A stretch of DNA of 64,000 nucleotides from Phoronis australis (GCA_002633005.1 NMRA01000216.1:468441-532440), one strand, 5' to 3'. Shown: positions 40,375 through 53,206, counted from the first letter of the stretch. Notes: generated by a model not told the origin, from the letters alone. Numbers and translations are program-made.

Positions 40375-41320
40375 GTATTTCATGAAAATCCATCAAAGAA
40401 CTCCAACAATACAGAAAGAACGTAAAAAAGTTGTCGTCGTCTGCTGTCACTTTCATAGAAATACACATGCTAACTTTAACAAAGTTCCTGAAAGATCTTC
40501 ATGAGACACAGACATGCATGGACACAAAAAAAACTGCCACTTAAGCAGTTGACGTAAGTACTCAGTGCTGTCTGAAAAAAATCGTCAGCTATTCTCTTCT
40601 CAATACAATCACATATATCAATTTTTATAATCATTCTTCAAGTGTTTTGGCCAATATAGAGGTGGATGCCTAAAAAGACCCGAAAACAATGAAAACAACC
40701 ACCAAGTGGTGTTAATATGTGTAGAATCATGGGCGGCGCACTATAGGGGGTGGGGGGTATAGACCCCCACTTTTCTCAGTGCTGCGTCGCCCACGGTCTA
40801 TCGGTGGTGCACCACAGGGGGACTGGGGGCTATAGCCCTATACTTTTTCAGTGCTGCTCCGCCCATGAGAATACGTTAAATCCATCTGAAAACGTGAAGA
40901 TGTCCTCATCTCCTTAACAGATACCTGTTTTCCAAATTTCACAAAAATCTATCAAAGCCCAGTACTCCGAAGATGCAAAGGCAAACATAAATAATTAAAA
41001 CTGCCACTAGGGGTCACACCCGTACTCGTATCCGTTTGAAAATTCACTCGTGCCATCCCACCCAAGGATAACTGGAACATGTCTCCAAAATTTCACGAAT
41101 GTCCAAAAAGGAGTTTTGGAGCTCTGGACACATAAGCATTGCCACTGGAATGTGCCACACTACTTGGACTTATAGGAAAAGATCTGCATAATGATCCTTC
41201 AAGCAGTTTGGCGGACAGAGCGGTGGCAGACGCCAAAACATGGGAGTTGAAAATCATAAAAATGGCCACTAGGTGACACGCAATATGTCGAATCCGACAA
41301 CACTTCATCGTTAAAATCCT
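40375..41320 (-). mobile_element. Old diverged HINE family 1-related copy, interrupted by a mini-element
   Basis: Retains AATTTCATGAAAATCC, AAAACTGCCACTAGGGG, TCCATCTGAAAACG and AAAATGGCCACTAGGTG blocks of the HINE repeat. Confidence 0.65.
40728..40867 (+). mobile_element. 140-bp dimeric mini-element with 5-bp TSD
   Basis: TIRs are CATGGGCGG and CCGCCCATG. AGAAT is duplicated at 40723-40727 and 40868-40872. Confidence 0.85.
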
Positions 41321-41402
41321 CAAAAATTTATTTCCTTTTATTTAAATACAGGTTTACAGAACAGATGGTGAAGGCAGTTTTATAAATGTTCAGTTTGGTA
41401 TG

Positions 41403-42686
41403 AAATTTGACAAACTCAAATTGCATTTGTCTGCCATGTTTGTGCTAAATTCAGTGAAGAGTGTTGACTGCATACACTGCCAAAGAATCCTTGTGAGAGG
41501 CCTACCTAACTCTTGGTGTCAACAGTGAAGTGGTTAAGACTTCCATGAACAATCCTGCCAAATGCACCATGGCTTACAAACCACGATATTGATAAGATCA
41601 ACAACACAACAACCACCTAATATTAAAAGTTATTGTCAGATTTGTCACTTGGATAAAAGAACAGTACATATTTGAAACCTATGTCACAAAATATCTGGCC
41701 TTGTGTGACTATGGTCATTGTGGATCACTTTTCTTAATTATACACAGAGCATAGGCAGATTAAGGGGGAGGCCCCCAGGGGGGGCCCGCTCCCCCCCTTG
41801 GCTGCTGCAAAAAAATAAAACAGCAAGAGCATGAAGAAATATTGAGTTTATAAACCAACGCCAGTATTTAACATGTGGCTGAAACAAGATGTGTGCAGTT
41901 ATTATAGTTTGTGTGTGCGTGGGGTGTGTGGGGGGGCTCAGACCCGATTGCAAGTGTACGATTCAGACCACCAGTGTTTTCCCGTGTTTTTTTTTAGTCC
42001 TCCATTTGTTTTTCAGTAAAAGGTCCACATTATCTGAAATTCGANAAATTTGACAAACTCAAATTGTATTTGTCTGCCATGTTTGTGCTAAATTCAGTGA
42101 AGAGTGTTAACTGCATACACTGCCAAAGAATCCTTGTGAGAGGCCTACCTAACTCTTGGTGTCAACAGTGAAGTGGTTAAGACTTCCATGAACAATCCTG
42201 CCAAATGCACCATGGCTTACAAACCACAATATTGATAAGATCAACAACACAACAACCACCTAATATTAAAAGTTATTGTCAGATTTGTCACTTGGATAAA
42301 AGAACAGTACATATTTGAAACCTATGTCACAAAATATCTGGCCTTGTGTGACTATGGTCATTGTGGATCACTTTTCTTAATTATACACAGAGCATAGGCA
42401 GATTAAGGGGGAGGCCCCCAGGGGGGGCCCGCTCCCCCCCTTGGCTGCTGCAAAAAAATAAAACAGCAAGAGCATGAAGAAATATTGAGTTTATAAACCA
42501 ACGCCAGTATTTAACATGTGGCTGAAACAAGATGTGTGCAGTTATTATAGTTTGTGTGTGCGTGGGGTGTGTGGGGGGGCTCAGACCCGATTGCAAGTGT
42601 ACGATTCAGACCACCAGTGTTTTCCCGTGTTTTTTTTAGTCCTCCATTTGTTTTTCAGTAAAAGGTCCACATTATCTGAAATTCGA
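41403..42686 (+). other. Direct duplication of about 640 bp across a single N (probable assembly artefact)
   Basis: 41403-42044 matches 42046-42686 with only a few differences. The junction is the N at 42045. Confidence 0.85.
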
Positions 42687-42761
42687 GAACCCTATATTTT
42701 AGGTCGGATGCCCGAGACATAGTGTTGGGCCCCCCTTTATGACATCCTGGATCTGCCACCG
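42393..42761. mobile_element. MITE with CA..GGCAGAT TIRs and 5-bp TSD (hAT-like)
   Basis: CATAGGCAGATT ... GGATCTGCCACCG, with CAGAG duplicated at 42388-42392 and 42762-42766. Confidence 0.75.
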
Positions 42762-45700
42762 CAGAGAGAAAAGTTAACCCCGCATTTCAGATTTGGCTCT
42801 TGTAAGCATCCATGCATCACTTTATTCCTTCAGGAATAACAAACTGTTAGTTCTTTGCAAGACTAAAAATCGCTTCTGGTCTTAATAAAGAACAAAACTT
42901 AAGACTAATTTTGTAGCAGTAAGTGGTCTAAATTAAAATTCAGCCTTCGTCCATGAAACTGGGTTTATTGATGCTTAAACGCGATCTTTCTGCCTTATAC
43001 CTCTAGGAACGCAGCTCTTGTATTTCATCAGATTTGTACAATTACCACTGTTCTCAAGTGGCCTGTTTATAAGGGAATGAGAACTAAGGTAAAGCAATTA
43101 CTGCATTACCGGTGGCTTCATAGCAATATAACACTGACAAAAAGACCTCTCACACTGCTACCAAAGCTTCGTTGTTGCCATTAATTGGAACACTTAACCT
43201 CGGTCTTGAATCAAAGTTTACACCGCAACTTAACTATAAAGTAAAGAGGTGGATTTAACATAGAAGCGTCCACGCTTCGTTACAATGGGAACACTTAATT
43301 TCGATGACACGGAGTTATTGGCAGAGGTCGCTGCTTGCGTTTGCCAACAGTGAGCAGTGACGGGTTACTATTTGTTAATATTTTGTTCTAATAATTATTT
43401 TGGCACCATAAGCAATCTGTTTCAATTTATCCATGTATTGCTGAATTCTTCACATTGAAAAAATCACTGAACGTGTAGTGTATGCAAAACGAGTTGGCCG
43501 CCATGCCATACCACCTTTGTTTGGATCGCAGTTAGCCTGCTCAAGAGTTAGTTTCCATCTGGGGAGAGGGAGAGGTCCTTGCCATTTTTGATGGCAAGCA
43601 CTGTCAAAAACAGCAAGGCAAATATGACCAAAGGTCATACTAGCGCCCCTTGCGATAACTTCGCTGAATTATAACTCCAAAGCTGATGGGAACACTGACG
43701 CTTAACTTTGCTGTTAACCACATCGAAGTTTCAGTAGTACCAAAGTTAAATCCACGGGAAAGGCCCTTAAAATAAATTGACATCTTGAGGACTAAATTTG
43801 GCGATTTCCTGAAACTGAATGTCTTCAGTAAAAAGTTAAATAAGGGTCGTTTTTATCCATTTGTGATCAAAATTAGCCAAAGTAAAAGCATCAGGTTACG
43901 TATCTCTCAGGTTACCCTTGACGTATGGTTTTAATAACTAATTGGCCTTCGAGTGGAATGCTTTAGGTACAATGGACTAGATTGATATCTGGACTGCCCT
44001 TAGTTTAGAAACCACTGTCGTTGGGAGTTGATACCATAACAGGAGATTTTTGTGAAGTGACGAAGGTGGGAAATTTCATTTTGTCAAATTCTCAAGCAAT
44101 CTATTATTAGGTTTGTTTGCACATTGTGTATATTGTCTGGCAACAACATTAGGTTTAGTTCAGATAGCATTACTAAACACACCGAGGTAATCAGCTAATT
44201 TGAAAAATAAAAAACTGCAATTTTGGAAAATGTTCTTATGCAAAATACATGAAAAGTTATTTGATGTTCTAATTCTCAGGAAGCTGTGTCTTTGTTTGAC
44301 ACTCTGACATTTTAGAAAACTGTACAAACTGTAGAGCTTGAAACAATAGTACCCAAACTACGCCCATGGGCCTATACTCTGAAAAATTCCCAATATATTT
44401 GTCAATGGACCCATATTTATGATATCAATGATTCTGAAATTAAATAAGTCATGAAGCACTTCTTGAGGAACTAACTGCTGGCCACGCCCCCTTGTGAGGA
44501 CAGCAAGCCCCCCCCCCCCCNATCACTGCTCACCTGATGTACTAATGTAACATTGAACACAATACCAAACACAATTGTAACACCTTTTGCCCCTTCGTAA
44601 TTATTGAGCTAATACATATCATCTCATGACCACACCTCTAACAACCACTAATGTCTTAGTAATCCAACTCTTTAGCACACCTACATCAATTATAAAGTGC
44701 TCCAATGACTACCACTGTGTTGGCATGAACAGATGGCTAATCAGATCACCATGGGATGAGATTAGTGTAGACTGACAAAGAAGTGAAAACAGTCTGAAGC
44801 TGAGAGATAGCTCAGACAGGAGAACATACACTTCTGGGCCCTGTTGTACACACAGTCATAGCCAACACATCATGTGAATGTAATGCTGGTTGGTTTTATT
44901 TATCAAGGCAAAACGTTGCAAATAAAGTTAAGTTGATAATTTCCTCATATTCAGACTTATCGACTGCCTACACATGCCACCTTAATGAACTGGGAGGAAA
45001 TTAAAATCGAAATTATGACCATCTTTTAATTAGCAATTTTCCAATAAAGGTTACCCGATTGAGCAGCAACCTGCAAAGGTATTTCAGAAATCTTTTAAAC
45101 AAAAAAATCTATACAATTCACAAAAGCCTTGAAATACAAATAGATTTTCATCAGACAAGGAAAATCTGAGAAAATATATGAAAGAGTTGGCGCTTAATCT
45201 TCAATTCTACCAGCAGTAAACGCCGGGGAGTTTTGTTCGAAAAAACTATGATAACGTGTTTCACCAAGTCTGCATTACATACTGTATTACTATAAGTACT
45301 AAACCACGACAAAAGATGTCACTATATACTTTGTTATTAATATCAAAACTATATAAATTATATAAAAGATAATGAAGAGAAAGAGGGTTAATATGTTCAA
45401 AACAAATATCTCATCTAAACGGGAAGGAAAATTTCAAGGTCAGTGTAATGGCATTCTACATCCTATGTTAATTTTTCAAAACATTTGTAATATTTCACAC
45501 TGCCTACTCTGTGTATGCATTTTTTCACTACTGATGACCACCCCATGAATGCAGTCAGTAAATTTAACTTTCAGGAATATCAAGAATTGTTGTACAATAC
45601 CCACGGGAAATTATGGCGCAAGCTCCTCACGTAGAGATCGGTAGATAGGCGTATGTATTCTTCATTTTGTTTTACTTTCTTTTACTAAAGGTAATGCCAA

Positions 45701-45931
45701 GCATTTATCGGTAACTGGCTGATGTGCACCCAAGGAACGATATCCATGCTACCTGTATTGTTATATCCAACAAAGGAAAACGATGGTAGAGTCCCATAGG
45801 CGATAACTATGCGACGGGCGGATCTCGCAACTTAAACAATACCTTGTGACTTCCATACATCATTTGGTATGGGAAGTCATCAAACTGAACTCAGTGATTT
45901 TCACCCACTCAATAAACAAATGACTACATAC

Positions 45932-46313
45932 TTTGTGCCTTTGTAAGCTCCATACACTTTTGACCACCAGGTGTCCTGCACAGCGTTGTTTTCCAATCCA
46001 CAATCTGTCTATTCTCTCCCCGAATGGGAAATGCTTGTATCGGCTTTCGTAACTTGACTGGCAAAGAGGCACGAAGTCCACCAAGTCGCTTGAAGTTCTC
46101 CGTCTTATCCAACAGTGGTTTCTTCGATGGCAAATAGCCGCAATCGCTGGACCATGAGTTTTTGCGAATCACTCGCTCAAACTTGCTACCATCATCTCCT
46201 GAATTGGATGTCTTGTCAGTTGGTAACATTTTGCTATCCTGTTGGTTGGCTAGCTTGTGAGAGCCAGCTGGCTTCTTACCACTAAACCCAAAGGACATCA
46301 ATGTCAAAGGCAT
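45932..46313 (-). CDS. Candidate first coding exon of the LIM gene (127 aa, low-complexity/basic N-terminus)
   Basis: An acceptor atcctttcag| at 46335 is followed by 21 nt of UTR with an in-frame TGA, then ATG at 46313. The frame is open (MPLTLMSFGFSGKKPAGSHK...CMELTKAQ) to A|gtatgt (phase 1), which joins 18060 in frame. No domain recognised. Confidence 0.6.
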
Positions 46314-47176
46314 AGCTCAACCTTCTGGCTCAGTCTGAAAGGATGTAAATAACCCTGATGCACCAATTACATTCTTTTATTAGAGAATTTTAATCTCCAA
46401 TTAACCAGGCACTCTCACCTGTGGCAATTAAGCGCACATGACTGAATTCTGTGGCATACTAAAGAAAGATTTTCAGTGAATAGAAATGAGACATTTTGGC
46501 TGAAAAATGGGAGATTGAAATAGGAAATAATGGAAGCGAGGTATAAGGACAATTCTTACAAGTGAAACGGTTTCCATTTGTGTCACAAATATCAACGAAA
46601 ATCAACAATTGTGAATTGTGATATGTAAACAATTAGAACTTGAAAAATAATTTGCAGTCAAAAACAACAATAGTCAGAAATAACGTGCCAGATTTTGAGA
46701 ACCGGTTTGATGACTGTTATTCAGTGGATAAATTGATTCTCAAAAGTTGGGCATGCTATATCCGACCATTGCCACAAAAACACCTGAAACAAAAATATTT
46801 AACTCAGAAATCACCACTAAACTTCATTAAATACCCGAAAGCAGTTTGTAACAGCTGCACCACAAATCAACATTAGAAAGCATAAAATAAAGTTTAGTTC
46901 ACAAAAACAAATCACAAAATTTAATCCATTGTATACAGAAATTTTGAATACAAATTTAAGTTAGTCAAAATTTTATATCACACGCTAGATATATTCATGG
47001 GTTGTGCTGCAACATACAAAAATATCTTTAGTCAAAAAAGTCTCCATTTAACAGCAACGCTATGTACGCTAGGAGAAAAATCAAGAAGCTTCCAATACAG
47101 CCAAACAGACCATTACTCAGTTCGGCACCACTGAGGAGTACCTCAACAGCTTTTTAAGAAGCAGTGGAACATTGTC

Positions 47177-47440
47177 ATTCTACCATGCAACAACAGTCCT
47201 CAACAAGACAAAATTGGGAAATGGAGTTGCAAATCTTACCACAAGTACTCAGAAAAGGAGACATCCCAGTTCTCTGATGAAATAAAGTGATTTCAGAATG
47301 GATGTTTAAACCATCGCAATTCTACCATACAAGAACAATCCTAAACGAGACAAAATTTTGGAAATGAAGTGGCAGATCTTACCTCAACCCAGAGAAGGCG
47401 ACATCCTGTTCTCTAATGAAATAAAGTAATTTTAGTATAG
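47177..47440 (+). repeat. Diverged tandem duplication, period about 142 bp
   Basis: TTCTACCAT...AGACAAAATT...ATCTTACC...GACATCC...TTCTCT.ATGAAATAAAGT occurs twice. Confidence 0.75.
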
Positions 47441-48291
47441 TGCTGTTTACACTGCCACATAAACACAAGCACTTGGCGGCTGATGTCTTGACACCAACTG
47501 AGACTACTCACATGACTGATTCTGGGACCAAGAAAATAAACAAACTGGGCCTATTTCCAGGCACTGGAACTGACAGTGAGTACAGCATAACATGAGCATA
47601 GTAATTAACATACCTGACCCCTGTTCACCTGGATAACTGGTGTAAAATTAAATGTCACAACTGCTTAGTACATTAAAGACCTTTAAAGCAACAAATTGTC
47701 CGATTAGCTCATTAGACAAACTTACCGTTAATTGTCGGGAATAGCTCATTAACTTAACTCACTTTGTACTTGTCACCTGTCATGGTATTACCACACTTCC
47801 CTTTAGAGAGACCAGGTGAGCACACATTTTACAGCCAGTGTTAACACGCCATATTGCAATCTTCCTAAGCCTGTTTTATAGTTCCAAAGACTCTTACAGC
47901 AGATTTTGCAACACTTGCAAATATGATTGCTAAGAGGACACCAGAATTAAGTAATTGCAGATGAGTTAGAAGTTCAGTTTTATCTTTAATACCCTGTGCA
48001 AGCCAAAGAGGTCGGTCTTGTCTTAATCAGTAAATTAAGCAAAAAAGAAGGAAAGGTACATTCATTTAACAAAAATGCTATTCCAGTTTTCTAAATTATT
48101 TTGTTTTCCTTTTATGCAACTTTTTGAATACTATTGAAAAAATCATATAAGTCTTATTTTTGATAACCCCTCATGCAAAAGTCGAACATTTTAACAATTC
48201 CTACCATTTTTTGAATTGTAAAAAATCATACTGTCAGAAAGATCTGATCATCTATTTCTAAGATATGATTTCGAGGGTCCTAGAAAACCTT

Positions 48292-48509
48292 ATGCTAAAA
48301 TCTCACCCAGTATGGTCGACAAGTGAAATTTTTAAGTTTTTATTTCTTAACAAAAGATAAGTCGCACCAAATAAATGCTATACCTTTTTACAGATGACAT
48401 ACTTACTTTTAGACAATAATTCTGAAAATTTGTGGACATTCAAAGCACCGTTAGAAGCTTTAAAAAGAACTGACGATTATTTCTCTTCGAAATTGGTGAG
48501 ATTTTACCA
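48292..48509. mobile_element. MITE with G.TAAAATCTCACC TIRs
   Basis: TGCTAAAATCTCACC ... GGTGAGATTTTACCA, the same TIR family as 9847-10096. Confidence 0.6.
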
Positions 48510-48984
48510 TTATTAATTTCCTAGTTTTAGAGAATACCAATGCCTACCTTCCCATCGAGAACACAACGAGAAGCTGCACCCGAGAAGTATCTTCACTGAG
48601 CAATAGAGTTAAATAGAGCGGCAAGCAAATTGCTTGGCATGTGGTCATCCAGACTGAGTCATAAATGAAATTTGAACTTAATTACCAAGGACTGACAAAG
48701 GAAGAGAAGCAGAAGACTTAGTTAGCATATTAATGAGACACACTTAATTATATAGTATCTAACACCGTATGTAGGAAACTGCATGGATACTGCTGTGGTC
48801 ATGAATTCCACCGGTGAGTGCTTTTGAGACTCAAACTTGCGGAAATTAGAGGCAGCCACACGAAGTGACTTAATCATTCTATTGTTAAAGGGAACACTTA
48901 AAATCAATAAATGTTAATAGAAAGTCATATTGCCTGCGTATTTTTCTACAAGATTTTTTCAAGACATAACCATTTCGAGAACAG

Positions 48985-49503
48985 ATGGCCGGTTATCTTG
49001 ATATCAACACAGAAATGGACTTGGAAATTGAGAATTTAAGGGATGACGACCCAATGTTTGAGGAATTCAAGAAAATGAAACTCAACAACCTACCAAAAGT
49101 GAGTCGAGCGCATGTCGAACTTAAGTGGGAACAGAAGAAAATGGACAAGTACTTTCAACATCAAATGGATGCTATCTCTGGAACTTTGACCTCCGTACCT
49201 ACATTTCTGCAAGATGACACAAAGCCAGAGCTATACTCAGAGAAACAGATTGGAGATTATGGCAGTTATGATAAAAATGGAGCAGTGTACAGGTCGAGAA
49301 ACGGAATTCACAGCGGAAAACCCAGCAAACTTCTACGAGGTGAATCTACTTGGCAAGTTAGGCACAAGCCAATGACACTGCCCGAGATAACCTTGACTGC
49401 ACTGAGACTGAGGAAATGTATAGATCGTCAAAAGAACAAGATGTCTGAGCTCAGGGATGGTGGTGACAGAAGCAAAGGATATACGCCCAATGTGAGACTT
49501 TAA
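48985..49503 (+). CDS. Uncharacterised 172-aa protein, single coding exon
   Basis: Longest gap-free ORF in the window, with a true ATG (ACAGATGG) and natural hydrophilic composition. Upstream there is a donor CCG|gtgagt (48814) and a pyrimidine-rich acceptor (48951-48952), consistent with a 5' UTR intron. AATAAA lies near 49712. Confidence 0.65.
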   Translation: MAGYLDINTEMDLEIENLRDDDPMFEEFKKMKLNNLPKVSRAHVELKWEQKKMDKYFQHQMDAISGTLTSVPTFLQDDTKPELYSEKQIGDYGSYDKNGAVYRSRNGIHSGKPSKLLRGESTWQVRHKPMTLPEITLTALRLRKCIDRQKNKMSELRDGGDRSKGYTPNVRL

Positions 49504-50361
49504 TGACAGAATTCTACTGTGTTTAATAATTCACATACCGTAATTTTTTAGTGCTCAACGGACATAATCGAAACATGAGACACCATTGTGCAAAGCAGGA
49601 TGTTCCAAGGTTAAAGTAATAATCAGGTACCTAAACAGTTCTCAATATATCTAAACAGGAAATTGCCATGTGAACAAAAGAACTGCTGGGGCAAATGACC
49701 ATGTGGTCAAAAAATAAACTAACGTAACTATATACCAGGTGTGAAAACAAAACAATTGCCAAAATTGGTCTTTTTTAGTTTTCAAAAGCTTATATCATTG
49801 TTTTAAATGTCCACAATTTCTCAGAAATATTGTCTGACGGTAGGTATGAAATACCCCTTTAAAAGGATACCAAATACGGTTTTAGTCTGTTAACAGATAC
49901 TAAAAACGACTTTCCCATACAGTTCTCTGAAACAAAATAATGCTCTGCAACCCTAGGCAACCTCAAAAGTTTGGAGGAAAATTTGAAAACTCCTTTGAAA
50001 GTCAGCTAAATTGGCGTTTAGGGAATTACATGGAACTGTGGGAAAAGGCCAACCGCCAAGAACTTTAATGTCCAATCTGTGACATAGGAGTATGGTTTTT
50101 AGTCAATTCTTGCCTTTAAAAGGTTGACGCCATGCAAAGATGTATTAGCAGGTGGCAGAACTAGGATTGGTGGAAATCGTCAAAACAGGGTTTAGCATCC
50201 TTTTAAAATGGTATAGCATTTATTTGGTGCTATCTTTTATTAAAAAATCAAACCGTGCCACCTCTCAGACAAAGGTAGTGCAAGTTGTACCTGTCCAACC
50301 ATCCTGGTGTGCCACTGCACTAATGGGGACCATGTCAAAGAGGAATTGTAAACTACGAGCT

Positions 50362-50476
50362 CATGGGCAGCGTAGCACTGAAAAAAGTGGGGGGGCTTAA
50401 AAGCCCTCTCAGCCCCCCTGTGATGCACCGCCTATAGACCACGTGTGGCGTAGCACTGAACAAAATGGGGGGCTTG
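50362..50476 (-). mobile_element. Dimeric mini-element, reverse-oriented truncated copy
   Basis: Reverse complement of most of 40728-40867; GCGTAGCACTGAA...GGGGGGCTT occurs twice. Confidence 0.65.
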
Positions 50477-50668
50477 ACGTCACAGCTTACTGTAGTTTAT
50501 GCAGGGTTGTCGGCATATGTACCCCCATCATACATGTACTGACTATACGGAGTGACATTCCGTTAATCCAATCTGATGAAACACCAGATGGCAGGTTTTA
50601 TGTGTGAATGCTGCATTAATCAGGGGGCGAAAGATACCTTTCGGGAACTTGCTTTACTGGGTAATAGC

Positions 50669-50821
50669 GAGTGGTGGATTTAGGGGGTCCAAGGGGGCCA
50701 TGGCTCCCCCTAAAATTCTCCCAAATTCCATTTAACACTTCGGGGATGTGAATGTCTGACGGACAAAATCCTGGCTAATACTCTGTCATGTCCCCCATTC
50801 AAAATTCTGGATCTGCCCCTG
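50669..50821. mobile_element. MITE with AGTGG.GGAT TIRs and 5-bp TSD (hAT-like)
   Basis: GAGTGGTGGATTTAG ... CTGGATCTGCCCCTG, with ATAGC duplicated at 50664-50668 and 50822-50826. Confidence 0.75.
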
Positions 50822-52731
50822 ATAGCTGACTTTCAAGATAGCCATCTTGAAATCATCCCTCTTCTTTTGTGTCAGTAGAAACAAAAGGGCATAGTTTGAT
50901 TGACCTAGTTTTCAAAAGATACCACTGTTATAAGGTACTTTCGTCTTAAAACGCCTCACTCAGTTTTTCAACTCACTGTACAAACTTCTTGCTTGTCAGA
51001 ACGAAAAATGGTGAGTGGGCTACGTGCCCCACATATGCACAGTATTGTGGGTAAAAATTTAGGACACGATATGGCAAACAAGCAGAATTGTAAATTTTCA
51101 TTTTTTCATAATGATAAGATTAGTTACACCAAATACTTTTATTGCTTTCAACTTCTACTTAAAGTTAATATCAGATTATGTTTTGAGAAATAGTCCCAAA
51201 TTCACAAAGATAATACTGGTAAAAGCTTATGAAAATTGAAAATAGGACCAATTTTGGCAAATGTCTTTGTTCGAAATTGGTGAGATTTTACCTACTGCAT
51301 GACCACCAGATGGTGATGTATAGTATTTATTCATGAGTTTGGATTTCGCACTGCTGCTTATCTTTGAAAATACCATTATTTCCGATACAGGTGGATAGGC
51401 CAAAATACACATGCTATAAAGAAAAGCAATTTTTGAGAATGTACTCTAAGGAGTTCGTTTACACAATGCAAGATTTTCATGTTTATTTTATGGGTCATGG
51501 CCATGCTCAGAGGCATAATTTGTGAGAATAAGCAATAATAAGAGAAACCAGAATAAGCTTGTTTTGTGTTCAGACTTAAGGATGCATCCAAGACTTGTTT
51601 TTGAGAAGTTTTTTAAAATATCATTACATTCTTGAATTGTATGATGTTGTAGAAAATGTATTGCTGTCAGGTACATGCAAGAAGTTTTGACATTTTGAAA
51701 ACAATGTTTAAATGCCCCTATTATTCTGTGAAAGTTTCTATTATTCTGCGAAAGTCGCACAAATACATTAAAAGCTTCCCCAACAGCTGCGCTAGCTTCA
51801 AGCCAATTTAACATGTTTGAAGAGTAATACAAAAATATGTTAAAGCTTCAAATCAACAAATTCGGTAATTTAATATTTCTGGTGGCTTTTGTGCCCAACC
51901 AGACAATATAAACACATTAATTTATATATTCTGTAATAATTTTAGCTGCTTCAGTAGTACATCAATAATGGTATTTTTCTAATAGATACAGTATTACAAC
52001 CATTTTCACTTATAATGGCAAACTAAATTTTAATCAACAGTCTCAGTTATATAGTCTTTGGTGTTTTGTGTCTTGTTTTTGTGTTTATGTGTGTTTGTCT
52101 GTCTGTCTGTGTATTTATAATGAGATTGTTCAATACCCTACAAGATCAGAGATGCCATTTACATTAAGCAATACAACCCCCCTCTCAACTGTGACCAAGG
52201 ACTACAACTTCTCCCCCTTTACGACAAGGCGTTACTTCCGGTTCAACAAGGGCAGGAAGATCAGACATGAACAAGGGCCTGAGCGTCAGGCTCGAAAAAT
52301 TATGCGTACCTAACTTATAGTCTCCTATAGTAAGTAACTTTTCTCATTTTTTACCATCATCACAGCAGACAATGACAAATTATGAACACTTTTAACCTAC
52401 TATTATGTTGTTATACCATAGAAATTGTCATTTGTAATTTTGATATATGTCACTAATAATCCTCTTTATATTTATTGTTATTGTATTTGTTAATCTGCCT
52501 GCATATAATGTTTTCAATTTGCCAGCAGTAATTGTATCACTTCTTGTATAATTCTTAAAATGAAATAACCAGTTCAAAAAATAGTATCATGCTCAGTGGT
52601 GAGTCTATGAAATGCAGAAGGTAATACAATTTCTGCAAAGTTCACATTTGATAACTTGAGGAGTGTTATACCTACTGAATCAGTTTGGTTTGTTCTTCAT
52701 TCTAGCAAGAATATCTGGTTGATTTCCTGAT

Positions 52732-53206
52732 AGCGTGTCAATATTTTTACACATTCGCCACGTTTGTGTGTCAAATAATGACACGCTTTACACGTGAGCG
52801 TGGCAAATTTTACACGTCTGCCACGTTTTACACGTGAGCGTGGTAGTTTTTACATGTTTGTCACGTCATATTTTGACACATTTTACATGATTTGGTAGAA
52901 CTGGATGCCACGCTTGACACTGAAGTGGGCATGGCAAATTTTACATGTTTGTCGTTTTACACGAGTGTGGCAGTTTTTACATGTTTGCCACGTCTATGTG
53001 CCATATTTTGACACGTTTTACACGTGAGCATGGCACTTTTTTACACGCTGGACACATAACGTGTCGTATTTTTATATGATTTACAGCCTAGCGTGGTACT
53101 TTTTCTATACGGATTACATGCTTTTTACATGTATTACATAATATTTTTGTCTGTCACACTTGACACGCTCAAAGCATGTTAAACATGTAAAATTCTCACC
53201 CGGGTA
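52732..53206. repeat. Degenerate tandem array of TTTTACACGT/GCGTGGCA/GCCACG modules, probably the subterminal array of a DNA transposon
   Basis: More than ten recurrences of TTT(T)ACAYG with alternating CGTGGCA and TGCCACG. The array ends AAATTCTCACCCGGG. Confidence 0.7.
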
